From positions 1-42,149 of the forward strand of contig CAYREE010000003.1 of NCBI GenBank assembly GCA_964423225.1: a stretch of 42,149 bases of DNA, written 5' to 3'. The translations under genes and the position numbers were made by a program. This document shows positions 1 through 7,446 of the stretch, in pieces. Source of the stretch: an uncultured archaeon (GTDB taxonomy: Archaea > Altiarchaeota > Altiarchaeia > IMC4 > SCGC-AAA252-I15). Position 1 is the first letter of the stretch, and each line of letters starts with the position of its first letter. The notes under the pieces are model-generated. The model was not told the origin of the DNA and made no database searches. It worked only from the letters and a program-made list of their open reading frames with translations.

Positions 1-50
1 AGCTTGGACAGCCCCTCAGCATCCAGTCTTCCAAGAAACACAATATTGTC
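1..50 (-). other. In-frame continuation of the GT1 reading frame beyond the TGA at 51-53 (DNIVFLGRLDAEGLSK...); runs off the window edge
   Basis: The reverse complement of 1-50, read in the same frame as ORF 51..854, gives GAC AAT ATT GTG TTT CTT GGA AGA CTG GAT GCT GAG GGG CTG TCC AAG = DNIVFLGRLDAEGLSK. This is the x-N-V-x-F-L-G segment that normally follows the G-D-G-P...L-x-E-L-A block in GT4-type enzymes. Confidence 0.6.
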
Positions 51-806
51 TCACCCCTTAGCTAATTCTTTCAATTTGGGCATTAACGGACCATCTCCTG
101 CAACCACAAGTTTCTTATCAGGCATCTTGCAAAACGCCTCAACCATGACATCAACCCTCTTGTTCACATCCAGACGGTTGACAGAAAGGTAGAAATCGCC
201 GAAAGACTTGAATTTAAAATTGTTAGTAGTAACAGGTTCGAAAAGAACCTCAGAATCAATCCCATAATATTTTTTAATCCTCTTACGAACATTCTCAGAG
301 TTCGCGATCACAAGATCCATGCACTCTTTAACTATCCGCTGGTCTGATGGCTTCAGTAAAAAGGAATATGCATCCCATATAGGTCGGACTACCCATGGTT
401 TTGAATAATACACCCGCTCCCACTGGTCATATAGCGTCCGGTTAGGCGAATGACAATATAGGATATTGAATCTTTCCTTTTTTGCAGCCATTATGCAATA
501 GGAACCACTGAATATGTTCACATCATAATCAAAACTCTTCCGCCTCAAATAGAACCGCAACGCTGTTTCCAGATACCCTGCCCTATAGAATGAGTGAAAA
601 CCAGTGTAAGCATTTCCAAAAGAGATATTAACTCTTGCAGTCGTATTGCCAATATCCTTCACCCGACTAATATTCCACCCCGTAAATTTTGAGGGTAGTA
701 ATCCTGAAGTAAATAAGTCTGCATCAAACATCTCACTTACCTTAAGCATAGTCCGTTCAGCACCTCCCCTCACAAGAAGATTATCATGAAAAACTCCTAT
801 TTTCAT
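51..806 (-). CDS. Glycosyltransferase family 1 (GT-B fold, GT4-type), N-terminal and central part; frame closed by TGA at 51-53
   Basis: ORF 51..854. I moved the start to the ATG at 804-806 (MKIGVFHDNLLVRGGAERTM..., a typical GT4 N-terminus); the 16 codons upstream overlap radB. The product ends ...KLVVAGDGPLMPKLKELAKG*, inside the conserved C-terminal-domain block. Confidence 0.75.
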   Translation of the reverse strand: MKIGVFHDNLLVRGGAERTMLKVSEMFDADLFTSGLLPSKFTGWNISRVKDIGNTTARVNISFGNAYTGFHSFYRAGYLETALRFYLRRKSFDYDVNIFSGSYCIMAAKKERFNILYCHSPNRTLYDQWERVYYSKPWVVRPIWDAYSFLLKPSDQRIVKECMDLVIANSENVRKRIKKYYGIDSEVLFEPVTTNNFKFKSFGDFYLSVNRLDVNKRVDVMVEAFCKMPDKKLVVAGDGPLMPKLKELAKG

Positions 807-807
807 T

Positions 808-1467
808 TCACACCATATAAGGGACAGACTGAGGCAATATCCCCTCGTCAACAATCAAATAGTCGAGCCTTATCCCAGTAGGTTTGTTCAAATGCTTTAA
901 CAAAGTCAAGCATCGTGTACCATCATCCAACAAATCCGCTTCCAGTATTATCTTGCTCCAGTACTCATTAATTATACCGCCAATAGGCCGGTTTTTACCA
1001 GTATCATAGTCTGAATAAACCTGATTAGTCAGAAGAACAGGGAGTTCATATTTTCTTGCAATACGAAGAAGCTTTGCCATATATTTTGCAAGTTCCTTCG
1101 CGGAAATATCCTCCTCAAGCCTATAGAGCATTGCAACACTATCAACAATGATAAGACTCACCTTATCAGTCAATACTATCTCCTCTAACTTGCCTGTCGC
1201 AACCTTCTGCTCGTCAAAGGTTGTGGGCTCAATCAAGAGTAAGTTCTCCAATACCACCTTATAATCACTCTTTGCGATCTGCTTTAGTCTCCCAATGTTA
1301 AAACCACCTTCAGGATCGATATATATAACCTTCCCATGTTTAGATGCTTCAACAGCAGAAATAATGCAAAGATTTGTCTTGCCCGAGTTTGGCGGCCCAT
1401 ATACTTGAGTTAAAACACCATCCAGAATCTCGTTCAATACACCCGAGTATTGGTTTAACTTGATCAT
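808..1467 (-). CDS. radB: RadB-type RecA-superfamily ATPase (DNA repair/recombination protein RadB)
   Basis: 219 aa with Walker A GPPNSGKTN, YIDPEGGF, and a Walker B-like SLIIVDS. The size and the absence of an N-terminal HhH domain fit RadB rather than RadA. The start overlaps the mre11-like stop by 4 nt. Confidence 0.8.
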   Translation of the reverse strand: MIKLNQYSGVLNEILDGVLTQVYGPPNSGKTNLCIISAVEASKHGKVIYIDPEGGFNIGRLKQIAKSDYKVVLENLLLIEPTTFDEQKVATGKLEEIVLTDKVSLIIVDSVAMLYRLEEDISAKELAKYMAKLLRIARKYELPVLLTNQVYSDYDTGKNRPIGGIINEYWSKIILEADLLDDGTRCLTLLKHLNKPTGIRLDYLIVDEGILPQSVPYMV

Positions 1468-2555
1468 TCTCCACCATATTTATTAAATAATTCAACACAT
1501 AAGTCTTCGAGTTCTTTATCATCTATGTTTACTTTATTAAAATATTCCCTGATCATATCTGCATCAAGCATCATGCGTTCGATCTTTATCTCAGCACCCA
1601 ATTCCGGCTGGCTGATATTAACATCAAGTATCGTATGATCCTTTTCATAGGAAGTCCAATCCCTCCTGACTTCGGTTATGTCACCAGAAATATCCGCTTC
1701 CAAATCAATCTTCAGAAGTTTGGAATGCTTGTTTTCTTCGATCAGTTTTTTAACACATTTATTAATCTTATCTGGTCCAGCTTTTCCAATATTCTCCCGG
1801 ATATAAGACATCTTCGCAGACTTAACCTTGATGTAATCTGGTTTTCCATAGTCTTTATCAAAGAAAAGGAATCCTGTAGGATTACTAGCCTCATTAAAAC
1901 TGATCCTCTCAGTGCTTCCAATATAAAAAGTCGGGGTAATATCCGATAATTCATCAACAATCTGATGTTTGTGTACATGACCAAGCAATATAAGATCATA
2001 TTTCGGGGCAACCTGTCTGAGAGTCGCAAGAGATATCTCATGCGGGCTCAAATAATGTTCCAATGCCTGATGCAATACCAATATATTCGAATTATCAGAG
2101 TCCACATCATCACTGATCTTCATTAAAGTATCTTCAGCCCGGTCTCGCCCACGTATAAATTCAAATCCATGGAAATATGTCTTTCTCGAGCCTCCGATTG
2201 AAACATGCGGGTTTTCAGATGATAAGACATGAATGTTCTCATGTATGTCACTGTATAAAGGAGTATATGTCGTTCCCAGATGCCCGTCAATCTCATGATT
2301 ACCAATAGACAATACAACCGGAATTTTTTCAGCCAAACTAATCAAGGATCGCATAACAGTTCTAAGGCTGACAGGATCTGGCTTAGAATGATGTAAAAGA
2401 TCTCCAGCCAAAACAACTGCATCCGGATTCCTATCTAACGCCTTAACAATAGCTTCTTGGAACGATGACACATAATTCTTAAGTCGTTGTGTCTTGAAAC
2501 GGTGACGATACCCTATATGACAATCACTAATACACGCTATCTTCATCTGATTCAA
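1464..2555 (-). CDS. mre11: Mre11/SbcD-family metallophosphoesterase (DNA double-strand-break repair nuclease Mre11-like)
   Basis: 363 aa. Phosphoesterase motifs appear in the canonical order: ISDCHIG (DxH), LAGDLLH (GDxxH), GNHE, LVLHQAL, LLGHVHKH (GHxH). 4-nt overlaps with both neighbouring genes. Confidence 0.75.
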   Translation of the reverse strand: MNQMKIACISDCHIGYRHRFKTQRLKNYVSSFQEAIVKALDRNPDAVVLAGDLLHHSKPDPVSLRTVMRSLISLAEKIPVVLSIGNHEIDGHLGTTYTPLYSDIHENIHVLSSENPHVSIGGSRKTYFHGFEFIRGRDRAEDTLMKISDDVDSDNSNILVLHQALEHYLSPHEISLATLRQVAPKYDLILLGHVHKHQIVDELSDITPTFYIGSTERISFNEASNPTGFLFFDKDYGKPDYIKVKSAKMSYIRENIGKAGPDKINKCVKKLIEENKHSKLLKIDLEADISGDITEVRRDWTSYEKDHTILDVNISQPELGAEIKIERMMLDADMIREYFNKVNIDDKELEDLCVELFNKYGGE

Positions 2556-2914
2556 TCCTCGTTTTTACATGTATCAACAGTTAATGATATGCCCCCACTC
2601 ACCTTGGACACGAAATTATAGACCAATGCCACGACAATACCAATCACAACTCCAATTATTGTATATGCAATTATCATGAAAAAAGCCCAGAAGAGATACA
2701 TGATTATCCCGAATAAACCACCAGCTATAATCCCTCCAAGAGCAGTTGTGTTTCCACCAACAATAGCGATAACCGTTGGGAAAACCAAGGCCATTAACAT
2801 CATGATGCCCACAATAGAGAGTAAGACAACTCCTAGAATAAAATAAAACATTGCAGTGAATTTCGCAAGTGATAACACTCCGATCCGTTTTAGTTTAACT
2901 TTTTTCTTAGACAT
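2552..2914 (-). CDS. Small polytopic membrane protein, unknown function (about 3 TM segments, basic N-terminus MSKKKVKLKR)
   Basis: 120-aa ORF with three long hydrophobic, Gly-rich stretches. It is the first gene of the membrane protein-mre11-radB-GT1 string, preceded by a 197-nt AT-rich intergenic region. Confidence 0.6.
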   Translation of the reverse strand: MSKKKVKLKRIGVLSLAKFTAMFYFILGVVLLSIVGIMMLMALVFPTVIAIVGGNTTALGGIIAGGLFGIIMYLFWAFFMIIAYTIIGVVIGIVVALVYNFVSKVSGGISLTVDTCKNED

Positions 2915-3064
2915 TCAAAACACCTGGATAATGATATGATTACAACAGAATTAAATCAGAAAATGATGAAAAAAACCCTATTTTTTTTAAAATATTATGA
3001 AATTATGGGATTTTGACTAAAAAAAATGGTAAAAAATGAATATATAATCAAAAAAACAATAAAT

Positions 3065-3074
3065 ATTTATATAA
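3065..3074 (+). promoter_or_regulatory. Candidate archaeal TATA box (ATTTATATAA) for the glutamine synthetase gene
   Basis: TTTATATA-type element about 48 nt upstream of the ATG at 3121. A Shine-Dalgarno-like GAGGTGAT lies at 3108-3115. Confidence 0.35.
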
Positions 3075-3120
3075 GTTCTTCAAAAGTATTACAATTAATC
3101 AGTCTAATGAGGTGATGTTA

Positions 3121-5214
3121 ATGACATCAAAAAAAATAGTAGAGGACGTATTTGGAATGTTTGGTGAGAACGTCTTCAATCTCAAGGCAATGGAAAAACA
3201 CCTCCCTCCAGAGGTATTCAAAGCAGTCAGAGCAACCATTGAGAAAGGTGAAGCCATACCCGAAGGTATTGCAGACGAAGTAGCCGAAGGAATGATGAAC
3301 TGGGCTCTAGGAAAAGGAGCAACACACTACACCCATTGGTTCCAACCAATGACAAGCTTAACAGCAGAAAAACACGACGCATTTATCGATCCAGATGGAA
3401 AGGGTGGGATAATACTGAAATTCTCAGGGAAAAACCTTATCCAAGGCGAACCCGATGCATCAAGCTTCCCATCAGGAGGACTACGCCCCACCTTTGAAGC
3501 AAGAGGATATACAGTATGGGATCCGACAAGTCCAGCATTTGTAAAAGACATGGCAGACGGACCAACATTATGCATTCCAACAGCATTCATGGCATATACT
3601 GGAGACTCAATAGACAAGAAGACTCCACTACTAAGATCATTAGAGGCATTAGATAAATCAGTGAAAAGATTCCTCAAAGCAATGGGCGAAAAAGTGCCTG
3701 AAAAGAAAGCTTACCCAACACTTGGAGCAGAACAAGAATATTTCCTAGTAGATAAAGAACTATACCTGGCAAGACCCGACCTTGTGATGACTGGTAGAAC
3801 CCTATATGGAACAGTTCCTGAGAGGAACCAACAGTTGGAGGACCATTATTTCACGGCAATCAAACCAAGAGTATTACGATTCATGGCAGACGTAGATAAT
3901 AAATGCTGGAAACAAGGCATACCCGCAAAGACAAGGCATAATGAAGTGGCTCCAGCACAATTCGAGCTCGCCCCAGTATTCGAAGAACAGAACCTCTCAG
4001 TCGACCACAACATGCTATTAATGGAGATACTAAAAGAGACCGCCGACAAACACGGCCTAGTATGTCTCCTCCACGAGAAACCATTTGCAGGGATAAACGG
4101 TTCAGGAAAACACAACAACTGGAGCGTACACGCCCCTGACGGATCTAACCTGATGAAACCAGGGAAGAATCCACATGAGAATGCAAAATTCTTGGCTGTC
4201 GTATGCGCTGTATTAAAGGCAGTTGACACCCATTCTGGCCTATTGCGAGCCGCTGTCGCATCAGCTGGAAATGACCACCGTCTAGGAGCAAACGAGGCGC
4301 CTCCAGCGATCCTATCAGTCTTCCTTGGAGACCAGCTCACAGACATAATCAAACAGATAGAAAAAGGCGGTGCAAAGACAAGCAAGTCACGCGAAATGGT
4401 AAAGCTTGGTGTAACAACCCTGCCAGAATTCCCAAAAGACGTAACAGACAGGAACAGAACCTCACCGTTCGCATTCACTGGAAACAAGTTCGAATTTAGG
4501 GCAGTAGGATCCAACCAGTCTTGCGCAGGATCAAACACTGTATTGAATGCCGCATTCGCAGAAGCATTAGACCACATAACAGACAGGCTTGAGAAATCCA
4601 GTAAGAATACCCATGACGCCTTGCAGACTATCCTCCAAGACATTGTTAAAAAGCATAAGAGAATAATCTTCAATGGAGACAACTACACCAATGACTGGGA
4701 GAAAGAGGCTGAAAAACGGGGTTTGCCAAACATAAAGAAGACTGATGAATCATTAAAAGCCATTATATCAAAGAAGACTATAGGATTGATGGAGGAATAC
4801 AATACACTCTCCGAGATAGAGCTTAAAGCCAGATATGAGATCAACCTTGAAAGATATAAGGCAGCAATCGACATCGAAGGAAAAACTGCACTTGACATGG
4901 CAAGGACAATGATCCTTCCCGCAGCAATAGAACATCAGAAGAATTTAGCAGACACTATTGGTTCGTTAAAGGCAGCAGGCGTCAGCGCATCCAGTGTAGG
5001 AAGCCTAAAGAAAGAGCTGGACAAAGCATCAGCCCTTGTATCTGACTTCATCAAAAAAGCAGATGAGCTTGAAAACAGTGTGAAAAAGAATAGTACACAA
5101 AACATCATGAAGAGCATGAAAGAGATACGGGTTGTCGGAGACGCTCTAGAAGATGTTGTAGCAGACGAGATATGGCCGATGCCAAAATACCTTGAACTAT
5201 TGTTCATATACTGA
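3121..5214 (+). CDS. glnN: Glutamine synthetase, type III (GlnN-like)
   Basis: About 697-700 aa (ORF 3112..5214; the ATG at 3121 is best placed behind the GAGGTGAT SD). The N-terminal block GATHYTHWFQPMTSLTAEKHDAFI is the hallmark of GSIII enzymes (compare Bacteroides GlnN ...THYTHWFQPLT..TAEKHD.F). Other matches include NEVAPAQFELAP and a length of about 700 aa rather than about 450. Confidence 0.9.
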   Translation: MTSKKIVEDVFGMFGENVFNLKAMEKHLPPEVFKAVRATIEKGEAIPEGIADEVAEGMMNWALGKGATHYTHWFQPMTSLTAEKHDAFIDPDGKGGIILKFSGKNLIQGEPDASSFPSGGLRPTFEARGYTVWDPTSPAFVKDMADGPTLCIPTAFMAYTGDSIDKKTPLLRSLEALDKSVKRFLKAMGEKVPEKKAYPTLGAEQEYFLVDKELYLARPDLVMTGRTLYGTVPERNQQLEDHYFTAIKPRVLRFMADVDNKCWKQGIPAKTRHNEVAPAQFELAPVFEEQNLSVDHNMLLMEILKETADKHGLVCLLHEKPFAGINGSGKHNNWSVHAPDGSNLMKPGKNPHENAKFLAVVCAVLKAVDTHSGLLRAAVASAGNDHRLGANEAPPAILSVFLGDQLTDIIKQIEKGGAKTSKSREMVKLGVTTLPEFPKDVTDRNRTSPFAFTGNKFEFRAVGSNQSCAGSNTVLNAAFAEALDHITDRLEKSSKNTHDALQTILQDIVKKHKRIIFNGDNYTNDWEKEAEKRGLPNIKKTDESLKAIISKKTIGLMEEYNTLSEIELKARYEINLERYKAAIDIEGKTALDMARTMILPAAIEHQKNLADTIGSLKAAGVSASSVGSLKKELDKASALVSDFIKKADELENSVKKNSTQNIMKSMKEIRVVGDALEDVVADEIWPMPKYLELLFIY

Positions 5215-5219
5215 AAACA

Positions 5220-5250
5220 ATGGGGAAACCCCCCATAACTCTTTTTTCTT
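5220..5250. terminator. Hairpin plus T-tract between convergent genes (ATGGGG-AAACC-CCCCAT followed by CTCTTTTTTCTTTT)
   Basis: 6-bp GC-rich inverted repeat at 5220-5225 / 5231-5236, directly after the glnN stop (5212-5214), followed by an oligo-T run (5242 onward). Confidence 0.45.
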
Positions 5251-5625
5251 TTATTCTAATTCCTTCCTCATCCTCAGCCGTTTACGAGCACTAATCTTTC
5301 TATCACGAGATCTAGCATGATCCAAAGATAAGTCCAATAGACTATCAGAGTCAATTCTACTAGTGGTCTGACTAGGCTTAACACTCGCAGCCACACTTCT
5401 ATCAGAAGTACTAACAACACCACTACTAGTTTCACAGGACAATTCAGTCACCCTCTTATCAACTTCACTTGCAAGCCGAGCTTCTCCCTCAGACCTAGCA
5501 CATTCAATAGCAACACGTTCCATAAGGGCAGTACGACTAATCTGATCCGTATCATGGCCAGGATCCAGACTAGTTGCAGACGTAGCCTTTCTAGAACCCT
5601 TACCAGTAGGCCTAATAACCTTCAT
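5251..5625 (-). CDS. Hypothetical protein; Ser/Thr/Arg/Asp-rich, no TM segment, no recognisable motif
   Basis: ORF 5251..5637 (start probably MKVIRPTGKG at 5625). It is the only long ORF in a 425-nt gap between glnN and aroC. Its composition (poor in K/I/N, rich in S/T/R/A) differs from its neighbours. Confidence 0.4.
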   Translation of the reverse strand: MKVIRPTGKGSRKATSATSLDPGHDTDQISRTALMERVAIECARSEGEARLASEVDKRVTELSCETSSGVVSTSDRSVAASVKPSQTTSRIDSDSLLDLSLDHARSRDRKISARKRLRMRKELE

Positions 5626-5663
5626 GTATACTAACATAGAAAGAAGAGATAATATCTTCGATC

Positions 5664-6758
5664 TTACTCAAGTGCTCGGGGAATCATGCCTGATAGGATC
5701 ATATGATCAGCTATCACTAGATTCATCATCGCCTCAACCACTGGGACTGCCCTAGGCACGATACAGGGATCATGACGACCCTTAACCTGGATCGAAGCCT
5801 CTTTCATCAAGTTAAGATCCACTGTCTTCTGCCTCTTCATGATCGATGATGTCGGCTTGATAGCTGCCCGTACAATAATTGGCATACCATTCGAAATGCC
5901 CCCCAGAATACCACCACAATTATTCGATCTAGTCCTAACTTGATTATTCTTAACAATGAATTCATCATTTGCCTCAGACCCCATCATCTCAGCTAGTTTA
6001 AATCCTTGACCCACCTCAACACCTTTGACGCCTGGAATACTCATCAATGCAGAAGATATGTCAGCATCAAGTCTCGCATACACCGGCTCTCCAAGTCCAG
6101 CAGGGACATTTTGAACAACACACTCCACAACCCCGCCAACACTATCACCAGCCTTTTTCGCAGCCAATACATTCTCCTCCATCAGCCTAGCAGCCTCCAC
6201 GTCAAGTGCTCGCACAGAATTACTCTCAATCAATTCCCTAACACCCTTCATCTCAAAAGTCAACGACTCATTAGACACTACACCACCAATCATGCTTGCA
6301 TATGCAACTGATCCTATATCAAATCTTTCAAGAAGCTTTGCTGCAACTGCTCCTGATGCAACTCTTCCAACAGTTTCTCTTGCTGAAGCCCTGCCACCAC
6401 CACGCCAATCATAATGCCCAAACTTTTGACGCCATGTAAAATCAGCATGACCAGGTCTAGGCGTGTTCATAAGCTTGATATACTTCCCTGAATCAACGTC
6501 TTTATTATCAACCTTCATCGAGATTGGAGTCCCCAGAGTCTTACCATCAAATACTCCAGAAAGTACCTCTACTAAATCTTCCTCACCACGATCAGTATCA
6601 ACATCGCTTTGACCTGGTCGCCTACGATTTAGAGCACTTTGCACGTCTTCGACAGATAATATTAGGTTTGAAGGGCATCCGCTAACCACACACCCAACAG
6701 CCTCCCCATGGGATTCGCCCCAAGTCGTTACTTGAAACGACCTTCCAAAAATGTGCAT
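5664..6758 (-). CDS. aroC: Chorismate synthase
   Basis: FGRSFQVTTWGESHGEAVGCVVSGCP, RRPGQS, RPGHAD, GRHDPC are classical AroC signatures. I moved the start to MHIFGRSF (6756-6758); the hydrophobic 13-aa extension in the ORF track is unlikely to be translated. Confidence 0.9.
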   Translation of the reverse strand: MHIFGRSFQVTTWGESHGEAVGCVVSGCPSNLILSVEDVQSALNRRRPGQSDVDTDRGEEDLVEVLSGVFDGKTLGTPISMKVDNKDVDSGKYIKLMNTPRPGHADFTWRQKFGHYDWRGGGRASARETVGRVASGAVAAKLLERFDIGSVAYASMIGGVVSNESLTFEMKGVRELIESNSVRALDVEAARLMEENVLAAKKAGDSVGGVVECVVQNVPAGLGEPVYARLDADISSALMSIPGVKGVEVGQGFKLAEMMGSEANDEFIVKNNQVRTRSNNCGGILGGISNGMPIIVRAAIKPTSSIMKRQKTVDLNLMKEASIQVKGRHDPCIVPRAVPVVEAMMNLVIADHMILSGMIPRALE

Positions 6759-6819
6759 TTTCCAAAAAAAAATAGTAATAATGATATATATGAACAACTA
6801 ATAGTTAAAGAAAAAAAAA

Positions 6820-7437
6820 ATGAAAAAGAATAAATATCTTATCGTTATCCTAATCCTAGTAGTAGTTTCTGGATGTATTGGTTTAACCGAAGAAGATGTG
6901 AAAACTACGAAAAATGATGAGCAAAAATTAACAAAGGATCAGATAGAAAAAATAACTGAATATGCAACCGAAAACAACAAACCAGAAGTATGCAACAGGC
7001 TTATCGGAGTAGACAAATCATTTTGCATAAACCAGGTCAAAACAAAGGCTAGAGGACCAAATAACAATATTCCAAAACTTGATAAAGAATATGTCTGGAG
7101 GCTAGAATGGGCTGAGAAATTAGAATATCCGCAGCTATGCTATTCTATTAATTCAGAAAAGAACAGGATTGCATGCATAACAAATCTAGCTATCAGTGAA
7201 AATAAACCAGCAATCTGCGAATACATTGGAGAACCAGCTAAGTCAGATTGTATAACAAGAATTGCAGCTAACAACAACCTTGCCATCTTATGCAATATAC
7301 TAAACCCTGAAGAACAGGCAAGATGTATTCTACATGTCGCTAAAGAGAAAAATAGGGCTGAACTATGTAGTTATATAAAGGGTAATAAGAAGGAAGAATG
7401 TGACATCTATTTCAATAATAACAATAAGAAACAATAA
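6820..7437 (+). CDS. Predicted lipoprotein built from five Cys-pair repeats (unrecognised family)
   Basis: MKKNKYLIVILILVVVSGC is a basic n-region plus h-region plus lipobox-like SGC (Cys19). Five units of about 25 aa follow, each with the form x-(L/I)-C-x10-11-C-I-x3-(I/V)-A. Cys pairs: 58/69, 107/119, 133/144, 158/169, 183/194. Confidence 0.7.
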   Translation: MKKNKYLIVILILVVVSGCIGLTEEDVKTTKNDEQKLTKDQIEKITEYATENNKPEVCNRLIGVDKSFCINQVKTKARGPNNNIPKLDKEYVWRLEWAEKLEYPQLCYSINSEKNRIACITNLAISENKPAICEYIGEPAKSDCITRIAANNNLAILCNILNPEEQARCILHVAKEKNRAELCSYIKGNKKEECDIYFNNNNKKQ

Positions 7438-7446
7438 GGAATTAAT

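Noticed and set aside
51-53. The in-frame TGA in the GT1 gene as evidence for a reassigned genetic code (UGA = Gly/Trp) or selenocysteine.
   Set aside because: Many confidently called genes in the window terminate at TGA at their expected length (radB, glnN, panD, PMT-like paralogue 2). GT1 enzymes are not known selenoproteins, and I saw no obvious SECIS-like structure. A local mutation, sequencing error or read-through is more parsimonious.
4-192. 62-aa plus-strand ORF at the left edge of the window.
   Set aside because: It is antisense to the GT1 reading frame, which carries clear glycosyltransferase motifs. It has no start context or motif of its own.
808-2555. The RecA-like ATPase plus metallophosphoesterase pair as a phage-defence module.
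   Set aside because: The ATPase has the size and motifs of housekeeping RadB, and the phosphoesterase has all Mre11 motifs in order. There are no accompanying nuclease, helicase or sensor domains typical of defence systems, and no mobile-element context.
3846-4682. Long antisense ORFs nested inside well-supported genes. Examples: 278 aa at 3846..4682 in glnN; 238 aa at 8701..9417 opposite the fumarase alpha subunit; 147 aa at 11303..11746; 149-aa ORFs at 37722..38171, 38244..38693 and 40135..40584; 145 aa at 40888..41325.
   Set aside because: Each lies entirely opposite a gene with strong family motifs. Their translations are low-complexity (Ser/Leu/Phe/Ile-rich) with no recognisable domains, which is the pattern AT-rich coding DNA produces on the antisense strand.
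5238-5663. The glnN-aroC gap as a structured ncRNA (SRP RNA or RNase P RNA size range).
   Set aside because: I could not find the conserved SRP or RNase P sequence elements or extended helices. One strand holds an uninterrupted frame of about 125 codons. I left it as a low-confidence hypothetical CDS.
6759-6797. N-terminal extensions suggested by the ORF track for aroC (6759-6797), GT1 (807-854) and ileS (38915-38941).
   Set aside because: The extensions are hydrophobic or unconserved. They precede an internal Met that begins the conserved family N-terminus (MHIFGRSF, MKIGVFHD, MNIKPVGDY), and in the GT1 case the extension overlaps the upstream gene.
6764-6820. Homopolymeric A runs (A9 at 6764-6772; A10 at 6811-6820, ending in the ATG of the lipoprotein gene) as phase-variation tracts.
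   Set aside because: They lie in an AT-rich divergent promoter region, where such runs are expected. Neither lies inside a reading frame where slippage would toggle expression, and no population data are available.
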